NCBI RefSeq assembly: GCF_026571515.1
Contig: NW_026860746.1
Coordinates: 1-64,000, forward strand
From: Ruditapes philippinarum
Taxonomy: Eukaryota
DNA: 64,000 bases
Direction: 5' to 3'
Notes under the pieces: generated by a model
The model's database searches: none
What the model saw: only the letters and a program-made list of their open reading frames with translations
Told to the model about the DNA's origin: nothing
Made by a program: the position numbers and the translations under genes
Part shown: positions 47,201 through 59,780 of the stretch, piece after piece
Position numbering within the stretch: the stretch's first letter is position 1
How the letters are laid out: every line of letters begins with the position of its first letter

Positions 47201-47747
47201 AAAGATGTAACCTCATAAAGTCTAGAATACATTCATTACTTCCCTGTGATATTTGATATCTGAGGGAATCTAGCATCCTTTAGACACTTTGCTTTCCTTT
47301 CGTGGAATTTAATCATCTTGCTTTTTGAGAAAATTATGATATTTGTAGAAATTGAGCATTCTGTGGGAATCTTTTTTCCTTGGACTTCATTCTGTCAGAT
47401 TCTATGGGAAGAATTTTTTCCTTGGACTTCATGCTTTCTGTAGGAAGGATTTTTTCCTCGGATTTCATGCTATCTGTGAGAATTGAGCATTCTGCTGGCA
47501 TCTTTTTTCTAGTTCACATTGAGAAACAAGGTAAACCAATCCTTTAAGTACCTTGAATAGAAATTTGATGTGATGTAACTATGACAAGTTATTAAGGGAA
47601 GGATTCCGGCATATTCATTTATTTGCTGGTGAATCTTTATTAACATAGGTTCATGATAAAGTGAATGTACATGTACTAAAAGGTTAAAAAGTAACTGCTC
47701 TGACTCGAAGTTCCTAAAAAAATCTTTCTCAATTTGTTTAAGCATAT

Positions 47748-48090
47748 TGAATTGCAATACTTGGTACATTAAATTTCAATACTTTGTACATTGATCTGAA
47801 ATACTATATATATTGAACTGCAATATTTCATACATTAAATTACAGTACTTTGCACATTGATCTGAAATATAGTGTTCATTAATTTGCATTTTTTTTACTT
47901 TGAATTGCAATACTTTGTACATTGAACTGCTATACTTCATACATTAAATAACAATACTTTGTACATTGAACTGCAATACTTTGCACATTAAATTGCAATA
48001 CTTTGTACATTGAACTGCAATACTTGGAACATTGAATTGCAATACTTTGTACCTTGAATTGCAATACTTTGTGTGTTGAATTGCAATACA
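47748..48090. repeat. 22-bp degenerate minisatellite (ATTGAACTGCAATACTTTGTAC)n
   Basis: Visible periodicity. Confidence 0.88.
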
Positions 48091-48544
48091 AAAAGTACTG
48101 GCTTCAAATAATGGATTGAAAAATAAGTTCTTACTTATGGTGCTTGTATTAAACCACTTTTCTGCCATTTGTATTCCTTAAAGGCTGGAATGTTTGATTT
48201 GTATAAACAAACATGGAACACGAATGATTTTTGTGTGGGACTTTCACTTGTCACATTAAAAGTCTGTTAATTTATAAAAAAAAATTGGCATTTTTTAATA
48301 TTTCATAATTTATAATAGTTCATCAGGGGCTTGTTTGTTGACATTTTTTCTTATTCCATTTATTAAATGACTTTACACCTCATTAATAGACCAAGTGAAA
48401 TTTTATCATAATATTTTTAAAAAATCTGTTTGTTAATCATGTTTTTCATTATATGAATCATGTACGCAACAATGAAACATTTTTTTTGAAATAATTATTG
48501 TTAAGCATTTGATAACATATCATTGCTCAGTATGTAGTTTTTTT

Positions 48545-48622
48545 TATCATAATCATAATTATCATAATCTTCATCATCATCATCATATCATCATCATCAT
48601 AATAATAATCATCATTATTATC
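48545..48622. repeat. (ATC/ATA)n microsatellite
   Basis: Direct reading. Confidence 0.85.
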
Positions 48623-48663
48623 TTGACCAATAGATGTTTGCTGTTAACCAACAGTCTTATTAA

Positions 48664-48996
48664 AGGGACTCCACTGAGGTTATTTTGATATAATAAGAAA
48701 GGAAATACTTTTTTTGAGATTTTTGCATCATTTGATGTTTACCCATAACTTTTGTGCAAAATATCATATTATTCCCTACATTTGTTTTTCCAGAATAGTA
48801 ATATTCATCGTGCAAAATTAATCAAAACAACAATAACACTTTTAACTCAAATCAGACTAAGAATGGCATAAAAAGTCAATTTTAAATTACATTTCTTATT
48901 ATCTTTTGTCTATGTTTCTGGTTTAAGTGCGCCAGTTAATCTATGTAAGAATTTCAAACTTCATATTTTAGATTTTTGAACCTCAATGGAGTTCCT
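48664..48996. mobile_element. Kolobok-like MITE, second copy of the 3075 family
   Basis: Same TIR AGGGACTCCACTGAGG and a similar 3' body. Confidence 0.75.
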
Positions 48997-49380
48997 TTAG
49001 TAAAAATGCTTAATTTGTATAAAGAATTTTTAAGGGTTGTTTTCATTGTACATCTTAATTTTATTAAATTATTTGCAAAATATTTTCTCTGAAGATGTAG
49101 AAATTGTTTATGATATTGCGGTTATTTCTGATTTTATTTCATTATTGTTTGCACAAGGCAGTATTGGAAAATCTTACGTTAATGTTGCCGTGGTTTTGTT
49201 TTACTACGTTACAAGGAATTTGTTATTTGGTGAATATGCCTAATTAAAATAAAATTAAGGAAAGTGTGGCACTCCGCAAGATTTCTGTAAAAACTGTGAA
49301 ATAGTTGACGTCAATGCTAGGATAGGTTTTAACTTTTATAAATTTATTTATTAGATTTGGCTGAGTTTTAGGACACACCA

Positions 49381-49640
49381 GGGTTTCATGTTGCACTTAT
49401 TGTAAATGTTATATGGCAACTTTCCAGCTTTACTTGTGGAGAAAGACCTCAGGTGCCCGGCCCTCCATGCATTATTTCAGGCACAAATGGGCACCTGAGT
49501 AGAACCACCAACATTTTTCCACAAGCTAGCTGGATATCCTCTCCACATGAAAGAAACCAGAATCTGTGGCATGATGCCAACCAACAATGTAAGGGACAAG
49601 TGGTTTGAAGTCAACCATCTTAACCAGAACCATGCCAAGG
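49381..49640 (-). mobile_element. tRNA-headed SINE, family A
   Basis: Reverse complement of the 30362 body. Confidence 0.8.
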
Positions 49641-49984
49641 TACTGACAGCAAAATTGATATGTACGGGGGTATTTGAGAAAAATATAATTTACACTGACA
49701 ACACAAAACACCTTATTAATGAATAAACCAAGCAATATACTGTCAAGAAAATAGAAGGCTATTTGGAGAAAACAGTATATACGTGGTGTACTTCCTTTAT
49801 TCTTACTATAATTCCCCTCGAATTTGAATTCTGAATTTTTACAAATTTTATTTATAGTTTTTCTATTTCAGTTATACTTTTGAAATCTTTTCACCTAAAT
49901 ACCTGTTGCCAAAAAATCTCAAATATAGTCATTTTGATAAAAGAGTTTATAATAATATTTTCTCTTGCACCGATGACTTGTGGC

Positions 49985-50303
49985 AAATATTGTAATTTTA
50001 ACACTTACATTGCCTCCTGTATTTAAGTGGTGAAAATTGTTATTTAACACTTACATTGCCTCCTGTATTTAAGTGGCAAACATTGTTATTTAACACTTAC
50101 ATTGCCTCCTGTATTTAAGTGGCGAACATTGTTATTTTAACGCTTACATTGCCTCCTGTATTTAATGGCGAACATTGTAATTTTAACACTTACATTGCCT
50201 CCTGTATTTAAGTGGCGAACATTGTAATTTTAACACTTACATTGCCTCCTGTATTTAAGTGGCGAACATTGTAATTTTAACACTTACATTGCCTGTATTT
50301 AAG
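49985..50303. repeat. 46-47-bp minisatellite, about 7 copies
   Basis: AACACTTACATTGCCTCCTGTATTTAAGTGG repeated. Confidence 0.95.
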
Positions 50304-53184
50304 ATGATCTACTAGTGCTAACATGAGTACTTTCCCCTTAAAATTTATCACATTTTCAATGATTTCTTGCCATTGTATTTCCAGTGTACATGTATTTCCA
50401 TTCTATTGACATATATTCTAGTTATACATAAGTGTATTAACATATGTCTGAACTTATGCCATATTATTTAGTTGTTTTCAATTCTATAATTGACTTCTAA
50501 CAATAGACACAGAGAACAGCACTTATGTTTCACCAGAATGATAATGAATGAATGATAGTTTTATACAGTCAGTGTAATTCTATATTGTTTCAAGGTAGTT
50601 ATGAGTATTGCCATTCAAAGTGAGTGTTGTCATTGCATTGCCAGCATAATGTCACAAAGCTATTTTGTAAAAATGAATTCATACTTGACCACAAGAGCTC
50701 CAGTTTGACTGACCTTTAAATGATCTTGAGCTCTAAGGTAAAATTTTTGAAATTCAGGATTTTTTTTAACTGACTTTTCTCTAAGATGATAAAATAGGTA
50801 TTTAAGCATTTATGTGTTTTAAATACTAACACTTTTTGTTTAACCAATTAATTATATATTTAAAAAAAACTTATTATACAAGGTTACTTGCTAAATTGTT
50901 GTATGCTATTTTAAAGTGACATTATGCTCATATTTTCATTGTCAAGTTGAGCTGAATTGACTTTATATTTCAAAATATTGACTGTTTAAATGATGTCTGA
51001 CCAACAGATTATATTGGAAAATGTTAAAGATAAAATTTAAAATCTGCCTAAAATATAAAAAGACTGCCCCACTCTTTTTATAAATTGAACGTTACAGGTA
51101 AATTCTAAATGTATTTACTGAAATTTCGTTTGAATCTGGTGGTTTTTTTATTGTAAATGCGAAGTAAATCATTAAATCAAAAGGGATTATGGCATAATGA
51201 AATTTTTTTGAATCTCATCTGTTCACTCACTATATACCTTTAGATGGGCATAATGTCACTTTAAAGTGGCTTAAATCTTATTTAGCATAATATTATGTTT
51301 GTTGTAAAATTTGCAATATCAGCATATCACAGGTGATGAGGCCTTTTCTTTGGAAAAATCTTAGTTATTATGTCACAGTTTTTAATCAGATTTTTCTGTC
51401 AACTAATAGGCATTAGAGAGGTGTTTCTGGATCAATTACTTCAGTTGAATAATTATGATTTACCTTTTATGTATATTATTCATTACAAATTTTATTCATT
51501 CAATAAAAGTGTGAAGAACTTATGTTTTGGCGCTGTAAATCTAGGCAGGGTATCAAAAGAGAAAGAAATCTTACATAACTTATATACATATGATTTTTGA
51601 AAGATTGCTAACCTTTGACCTTTTGCAATAGCAAGAGAATTGTTTTTGTCACTTACATAGAGCCAACCCAGTTGGATGCATATTTTTTGTAATTTTCGCA
51701 TTTAAATCCCATAAACTTTTAATGGACTGTTCAATATTGAAAGTTTTGCAAATCCATTACAAAAAATGAACAGATTACTAAAGGGTTACAATATATCGCT
51801 ATTACACAGTTTGGCATTGTATAGATTCTTATAATACTGCATGTTTGTAACGTCATTTTTCATTGGATAATTGTGACGTTCATATAGTTTTATATGCATG
51901 ACTGCTGTTATTTTATGAAGAAATCTCACCTTTTTCTCTTAAAAAAAATGCTTGCTGTTTTATAACTTCCACACAAATATTATACTATGGCAATAATATT
52001 ACTATATATGTATATTTTTCAAGTTATCTTTTGCCTTTGTGATATTTAAGTATAAATTAACGATTATTGTTTAAATTGATGCTACAGATATTTATTTTAT
52101 GTTGTAAATATGTAAATAACCACATTGCAAAAATCATTAAAGGTATTCTTAAACTTGATCTTGTTTTTATAATTCTTTATCTGGAAGGGTATACAATAAT
52201 GTAATGCCTAAAAATCTAATGCCCCTGTGACCCCTTGTATGAAATATACAGAAATTTCAGTCCTCCTATCCCATCGTCAATCACAACTTAAAACCCATTG
52301 TAGCTCAACTTTTTCAAAAACACTACTTTGATTGCATTTGATACTTTTACTGCAAATAATTTCACATTTGAAGCGCTACTTTCGTCATGTGATAAGTGCT
52401 CGAAAGCCATTATTTTAACATTTAATGAAAAAGCTCGTGTTTGGCCATTCTAAAAAAGGAAAGAATACATTCGTTTATGTGGAATAATGTGCCGCGCATT
52501 TGTAACCAAAGGGAAATAATCAGTTGTAGTTTATTGATTGAAATCTGTATGAGTGATTTCCCTTGTCTGTTTTTATGAGTTAGTCATGCGTGTAATTGTT
52601 CCCGCCGTTTTCTGAGTTGTCATTTTCAGTTATTTATAATGATAACTTGATTATTAATTCTTAAAAAGGATTGTGGATTTTGGATTGAGTATGTTGCAGT
52701 AACACCACAAGACTGAGAGTATTTTTGTATGAGTCATTGAGTGTCATTTGAGTCCAATCCATAATTGGGCTTGATCTTCTTAATTTGATACTGTTTATAT
52801 ATTGATTGGTGCTTAAACAAGTGCTCGATGTGAAGTTGTGATGTGACTTTAACCTCTTATATTAATATAGTAATATACTGAGATCATACACTGATGGACA
52901 TTTCAATTTAAAGTATTGAACGAACTCAGCCTCGTTGATAATTTATACCTTTACATCTTTAAGGGCATAATTTTAAAAAAGGTAACACATAAATATAAAA
53001 AATCAAGTTTTTATGCCCTGTTACAATGTCTCACACTTCAATTAAAAATCGTTTTCAAAGTTTTCTTGTGATGTAACAAAAAGTAAATGTACCTGGGTAG
53101 TCATAGAAAAACAACGCGATTTATTTCAAGACAGACAATTTTTAACGTACAAGTGCTATTTAAAACGATCATCTAAAATAACAC

Positions 53185-53425
53185 GAATAGCTGAATCGGT
53201 TGAAGCGCTAGACTTGTAATCTCGACATTGTGGGTTCGATTCCCGGGATGGCCAACTAAAATTACTAAACAGACTTTCGGATGAGACTTGAAATCGACGT
53301 CCCGTATATGCACCTAAACACTTGGCGCGCTAAAGAACCAGGAGAATCTTATCTTTTTGTGTCTGTAACTTGCTCTGTCCGCTAAAATGACTAGAGTACA
53401 CAAACGGTGGCGAGTATAAATAAAC
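53185..53425 (+). mobile_element. tRNA-headed SINE with Deu/Nin-like core
   Basis: A box TAGCTGAATCGG, B box GGTTCGATTCC, core CTTTCGGATGAGAC..AAATCGACGTCCCGT. Confidence 0.7.
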
Positions 53426-53863
53426 TCAAATACACACAAATAAACAGACGATATACATACAAAAATGATGAGTATCATATGCAGTCCTTAAAGTAATTTT
53501 ATTAAAAAAACTTTTGGAGCAACCGTAATAATAAATGTCCAGTGTAGGTTCAATGAAGGACAAAGGGGTAGCTACTCGTGGCGCGTTCGGTAGAAAAACG
53601 ATGTAAATTGTCTTTCCTTGACGATAGTGTATCCCTATCGTATGCGTTGACTCTAAAGACAACAGTTTGCAGGTAGGTAAGTGCATAAGGAGTGTTCTAA
53701 AATGAATGTTCATAGATTTTTTCTAAATTGGTTCCCTCAAAATATTCACCTCCAACAGACATACAAAGTTTCAGTCTCCAGATCCAACCTTTGAAGTCAT
53801 TTTTTTATACTTTAGAATTTTAACACTGGAATATTGCAGAACCGATGTGTATGCGCTGAACTA

Positions 53864-54709
53864 CGGAATGCCGTTAGGGCCATCGCCTATGAATGGTTTG
53901 ATCTGAAACACGATACTCGAAAGTACGATGATGAAAACGCGAAATCACGAAACCACCATGGTGAAAACGCGACAGTACGATGATGAAAACACGACAGTAC
54001 GATAACGAAAACGCGATAATACGACAGTACGATGATGATAATAGAATTAACTACCGTGTTTTCATCATCGTACTTCCGCGTTTTCACCATCGTTATATCG
54101 TGATTTCGCGTTTTCATCATCGTACTGTCGCGTTTTCACCATCGTTCTATCGCGTTTTCATCATCGTACTGTCGTGTTTTCATCATCGTACTATCGCGTT
54201 TTCACCATCGTACTGTCGTGTTTTCATCATCGTACTATCGCGTTTTCATCATCGTTCTATCGCGTTTTCATCATCGTACTATCGCGTTTTCATCATCGTA
54301 GTTTCGTGATTTCGCGTTTTCACCATCGTACTATCGACTATCGCGTTTCAGGTCAACACATTCATAGGCGATGGCCCTAACGGCATTCCGGAATGCCGTT
54401 AGGGTCATCGCCTTTGAATTGTTTTATCTGAAACGTGATACTCGACAGTACGATGATGAAAACGCGAAATCACGAAACTACGATGGTGAAAACGCGACAG
54501 TACGATGGTGAAAACACGATAGTTTATCGCGTTTTCATCATCGTAGTATCGTACTGTCGCGTTTTCATCATCGTACTATCGCGTTTTCATCATCGTAATT
54601 TCGCCTTTTCACCATCGTAGTTTCGTGATTTCGCGTTTTCACCATCGTACTATCGACTATCGCGTTTCCGATCAACACATTCATATGCGATGGCCCTAAC
54701 GGCATTCCG
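53864..54709. mobile_element. Head-to-tail dimer of a foldback TIR element
   Basis: TIR CGGAATGCCGTTAGGGCCATCGC occurs four times; internal inverted ~21-bp arrays; outer TA flanks. Confidence 0.85.
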
Positions 54710-54861
54710 TACTAAACAACTTTTCGGCCTGAAAGGCATTTTTTAGCTCGCCAAGATCAGGTGAGTACGCAGTACCATGACGTTTTTCTGCTTGCGATGA
54801 CGCGTTGTCATGCACCTTCATGACATTGGTCAAACCTATCGCGTATCTTGGTTTTTGAAAG

Positions 54862-55148
54862 CACAGGTTATCGGCGTGAGACCAAGCCCTACCCCCAAGG
54901 TACCACCCCCCAGGACCCACTATACTACCCAAATATACTTCAACACATTCAAAATACATGTCAATACAAAATCAAACAATTCTATCAAAAAATATAATAC
55001 TGATACTATAAACTATGTATATAGTATCAGTATTATATTTTTGATAGAATTGTTTGATTTTGTAGTATATTTGTATATTTGGGTAGTAAAGTGGGTCCTT
55101 GGGGATGGTACCTTGGGGTAGGGCTTGGTCCCACGCCGATAACCTGTG
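54862..55148. mobile_element. Palindromic P-element-like MITE
   Basis: CACAGG...CCTGTG ends, 8-bp TSD TTTGAAAG, arms pair over nearly the full length. Confidence 0.82.
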
Positions 55149-55823
55149 TTTGAAAGCATTTGTTTAGTTTTCCTTCTAAAATTTCGCATTAACAGATTTG
55201 CCTCTAGGAACAGCAACCTGAAAGGCGGGACCCTGAGTTGTAAAGTAAATGACCCTTGTTGCAATCCATGGCCTGTTTCCAGAGTTTTGTAGCCCAAATC
55301 TTGTTTAAGTGTTTCCGTTTTAGCCCATAAAAATCAGCCCATGTTTAGTCACCACTGACGACAATGCCAAGACCGTGCATGGTAATTTGGATACTGTTTA
55401 TTGAACAACTGAGTGTATTGCACTCGAGTCTTTTATTGCTCATATGTCAGCAAATGGGTAATCCATCTCTCATTTTCAAGTGAATGGTATTAACTGCCCT
55501 TAATGAGATACCAACGCCATTAGGTTTTTGCCCATTTTTTTTTGTATCTAAAGACTTATAATTAACTATTTCTACTTATAATTAACTATTTCTATCACTT
55601 TAGCAACCATTATGACAGACATTACTGTTTTAGGCCAACGGGCATGGAGTGCATCTTCAGTCGAAATTAACCCACATTTGAATTTATCAAGCCGACGAAT
55701 ACAGAGAATAACTGAAGAAAAGGAAATTTCATTTTACCTATGCCAAGTCAATAACATTTTTGTATTCCAGTCAGTATACCAGTATTAGACAATGTACTGC
55801 GAACTTTAAACACTGCTAAACAA

Positions 55824-56127
55824 CGATGGCATAAAGGGGCCATCAGAAATATTTTATCTACTACGCGCGCACGCGATAGCTACTACGTACGCATTCGATA
55901 GCTAACACGTGCGTACGCGATAGCTGCTACATGCGCACGTACAAGCTATTACTTGCGTGCGCGATAGCTACTACGCTCGCACGTAATGATTCACCAACAT
56001 AGGGGCTATCGCGTGCGCATGTAGTAGCTATCGCGTGCACACGTTGTAGCTATCGTGTGCGGACGTAGTAGCTATCGCGTGCGCACTTGATCGATAAAAT
56101 ATTTCTGATGTTCCTTCTATGCCACCG
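55824..56127. mobile_element. Foldback element with inverted ~21-bp arrays
   Basis: TIR with CATCAGAAATATTTTATC / GATAAAATATTTCTGATG; GCGCACGCGATAGCTACTAC units. Confidence 0.8.
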
Positions 56128-56269
56128 TAGTTAAACTGATCGGATTTTAATTAATGTGGCATCATCATGTTTCTTTTTTCTGTTTTTTGTTGTTGTTGTT
56201 TGTGGGTTTTTCCGCAATATATATTCTGCATGCATTCATATTTGAAGCTCCCTGGTGGATTGGACCTTG

Positions 56270-56635
56270 ATTAAACTTTACCAAAATCTTAATCAAGGTT
56301 TCATCTGCAAAACTTGACCAATGTTTTATTGCAAAACTTAATCAAGGTTTATCTGTAAACATTTGACAAAAGTTTTATCTGTAAACATTGACGAAGGTTT
56401 TATCTGTAAGTATTTCTGAAGGTTTTATCTGTAAGTATTTCCGAAGGTTTTATGTGTAAACCTTAACCAAGGTTTTATCTGGAAGTATTTCCGAAGGTTT
56501 TATCTGTAAACCTTAACCAATGTTTTATCTGGAAGTATTTCCGAAGGTTTTATCTGTAAACCTTAACCAAGGTTTTATCTGTAGGTATTTCCGAAGGTTT
56601 TATCTGTAAACCTTAACCAAGGTTTTATCTGCAGG
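56270..56635. repeat. 25-bp minisatellite with 50-bp dimer
   Basis: AAGGTTTTATCTG followed by alternating TAAACCTTAACC / GAAGTATTTCCG. Confidence 0.92.
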
Positions 56636-56658
56636 TTTGCTATCCCTGCTGGTAGCTA

Positions 56659-57305
56659 TTTTTGTTGGTTTGGGTTGTCAGAACAAACAAATAATGGTAG
56701 CGAAATTTCAGACTCTAATGCTGTTAATTGCAAATGCCGAAAGTAGTCCGCTTTTTTGAAGCGGTTACTTCCCTTTATATGTAACACAAAGGCCGAAAAA
56801 TTCAGGGGAGATCACTGCGTAAATATGGTCACATGACAGGCGCATTAATTTTCAAGCAAAATAATTCCCGAATGGTCGAAGATTTCTAATATTGTTTTAT
56901 TCTTTAAAGATATACATGCTTATAGTAAGCGCCATGATTATTTACACAAGTTAGCGTCGTTACAAACCATAATTTAGAATAATATGGTTTTCTTCAGGCC
57001 GTTTACATATAAATTCGCCGTGGCCGAGGGGTTTGCGCATTCACTTAGGAAGCGAGAGGTCTCGAGTTCAAATCCCAGTTAAGGCAACTCATTTTTTTTT
57101 CAAATTGTTTAAGTCAAATAAACATTGGATTGAATATAAGTGTTGCAATTATAAAATATATAGTCTTATAGCCAATCTACTACTATTAAAACGCTGGAAA
57201 GCATTGGTGGCACTATACAAAAACAAATTGTTTTACAATCTCACAACCTTCACCTTTCTGACATTCTGAGACCCAAACAAATTCAGCGCCTTCTGTGCTT
57301 TGATT
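56659..57305 (+). mobile_element. Helentron-like non-autonomous element with tRNA-like cassette
   Basis: 5' TTTGTTGGTT..AACAAACAAA hairpin, 3' CCCAAACAAA plus AGCGC-cttct-GTGCT plus TTGATT. Confidence 0.55.
57014..57100 (+). pseudogene. tRNA-Pro(AGG)-derived Pol III cassette
   Basis: TGGCCGAGGGG A box; CTTAGGAAGCGAGAGGTCTCGAGTTCAAATCCC resembles the tRNA-Pro 3' half; T9 run. Confidence 0.68.
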
Positions 57306-57689
57306 GTACTTTGATATTGAATTCCTTTAATGATCTACTGGGCAAACTATAAGCAGGTAGAGTCGCAATTGTAACCGATGTAGACTGGAAGCCACGATCC
57401 CCGGGTTGAGCCTTGGAAGATATCTTACATCATTGATACTGATTCAGCTGCAAAAAAACATAAAATAATTAAACAGTATGGCTTAGGTTAAACAATACAT
57501 GTTTTGTGACCTAACGTAATAGTAGGAAAGAGGGGCCTGAAACCACTCGTATATTTCTTAACTCTTGTAACCAGCCGAATTTGTGTAATAATTTGTCCTG
57601 CAGTCCATTTTAAGTTAAGAGAATTCAATATCAAAATATATGTAAAAAAAAAATCTTGAGATTTCCTCCTCATCGTCATCGTCGTCATC

Positions 57690-57841
57690 NNNNNNNNNNN
57701 NNNNNNNNNNNNNNNNNNNNNNNNNNNNNNNNNNNNNNNNNNNNNNNNNNNNNNNNNNNNNNNNNNNNNNNNNNNNNNNNNNNNNNNNNNNNNNNNNNNN
57801 NNNNNNNNNNNNNNNNNNNNNNNNNNNNNNNNNNNNNNNNN
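57690..57841. other. Assembly gap (152 N)
   Basis: N run after a (TCA/TCG)n tract. Confidence 1.
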
Positions 57842-58002
57842 GCGTCATTTTCATATACACGTTCAAATGCGCTTTACAGTGATATAAACTGATAACTAAA
57901 TAGCAATTGACAGTACCATTAAAATATAAAAGACAACTTTGTAACAATAAATGTGCAACGTACTCAAAATAAAAACAAAGTTTAGACATATGGTATAAAT
58001 CT

Positions 58003-58125
58003 AGTAGGCTGAATTTAAAACGATGCGGGCAACTGTACTTTTGAACGACTTGCAGTTCAAATGAGGTACTCCATGCAGTAGTGCATTGCAGTAATCACCA
58101 TTGAAGTCAGTATAGAGCACGTGCA
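58003..58125 (-). mobile_element. Degraded CR1/L2-group LINE ORF2 fragment
   Basis: Minus frame HVLYTDFNGDYCNALLHGVPHL...VARIV resembles the post-RT motif DYCNSLLYGLP..AARLV. Confidence 0.55.
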
Positions 58126-59159
58126 AACTTGCCCATAAACCAATCGGAACATCTTGGCTATTTTCTAATGAAAGGACCGAAAAGTTGCGATTGGCTCTTT
58201 AAGCGAAATTATTTGTCAAAAAAGTAGCAAAATATAAATAAAAATAGTATTTTGGCTTCCATACAAAATACTAATATAGTTGTACTAATTGTCTAAAAGA
58301 GTCAGAGACATTGTTACATACATCTCTGGTTCAGTAGTTTTAGACACTATATAATAATGACACAACAAATATAAAAAGGCTTTACAGAAATAAAATTATA
58401 ATCATATAATGAGCCTTTAAACCAAGAACCTTACAAAAGCTGTCATTATAACTTTTCATTCCGTGCATATGCGTACTTATACCGAAAATAAAATAATGAT
58501 AATATTATCATGAATTAAATTTATTTTCATTCCTTTGGCCAAAAAAAAACAAACAACAACAAAAACAACAACTTAATGAGGACATAGCGTAATGACTGAC
58601 ATAATGAGTTCGCTTTATTGGCATTGCATTAGGACTAGGATCTATGTTTGTGTTATATAAACAGTTTCAAAAGTTGCCTTAATACAGATGCTGCCGGAGT
58701 TCATTTCCCATTTACAGACAGACATGCTAACAAAAAGTAAATCTCTGTATATATTATATGTAAATGCGAATGTATGCCGGACTAATTAACTTGAAAGATG
58801 GGTGACCACAGGCATAGACTCTACAGTACTGACGTTGTTCAGGATTCGAACTTAGCCGTCTGAACTAGATTATATCTATATACTGTATATTTTATGGTCT
58901 TCTTGGTGTTAGATGTGCAACAATATTTACAACAATATGTGTGCAGTAAGACGATCTAGTACTTACAGGACGAAGTAGATCTACAGTACAGTAGATTAAA
59001 GTCGCAAAAAATCAAATCACAGAAAGTAAAAGAAAATTTTCATTTCCGAATAATCCGAAATTGTACCGTTATCATTTCAATCTAACACAGATGTGGAATT
59101 CTATAAATGCTGTTTTGTTTTATTTATTATCTGAATATATTTTTTGCTCTGTAACATTT

Positions 59160-59350
59160 ACAATTAGCTACGCCGTAGCCTTCTGGCGCGAATCTATATA
59201 CTCTCACGCCCTCTGTTGGATACTACGTGGGAAAGTAAATTTACTACGACGCAGTATTTCATTGTTTGTTGATGCAATATTGGGCGGTTCTACAATATGT
59301 AAAGCCGTTTCTGATTGGCTAAACCTGTTGCGCGCGAGACGAAGTACACA
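59160..59350. promoter_or_regulatory. Possible promoter of a downstream gene
   Basis: Local CpG enrichment, CTGATTGGCT (CCAAT box), GGGCGG. Confidence 0.35.
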
Positions 59351-59768
59351 GATATTAAAACTGAATACACAACGATATTTGTCAAAATGAAACAAATGTT
59401 TCTTTCCTAAGTAGATATAGTGTACCTGACAATCTTTATTGAAGTCGTATCTAAGGAATTGTATATATGTGTGGTAACTATTAAACTTAAATATTTTGAT
59501 TCATAAAGGTATTGGATTGAAATATCGACTGCCACTCAGTACAGCTGACTCATCAAGTTTTACTGCGTCAATACATAGTGCTCTGTGGCGCAAATCAAGC
59601 AACGGTCGGTATAGTGTACAAGCACACGACAAACTACGTAATAAGCAGTTTTCTACACATTCAACTGGTGGTTATAAACTGAATTTCAGAGGGTTAAAGA
59701 CATAATATAGTTGGTAGAGTTACAGAACAAATATATTGGATTCTTTCAGTGATTTTGGATATACAAAA

Positions 59769-59780
59769 ATGAGTAAAAAG
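59769..59780 (+). CDS. Possible first coding exon (MSKK) of an unidentified gene
   Basis: AAAAATG context followed by AAG|GTATGT donor, downstream of the promoter-like region. Confidence 0.3.

Noticed and set aside
46173-47276. His/Met/Cys-rich ORFs resembling metal-binding proteins
   Set aside because: A 22-bp repeat cycling through all three frames gives the same peptide in each; artefact.
57330-57450. Minus-strand exon after a tttttttgcag acceptor
   Set aside because: All three frames stop within 8 codons and no upstream partner exon was found; the nearby gap limits analysis.
57615-57989. ORFs spanning the N run
   Set aside because: Gap artefacts.
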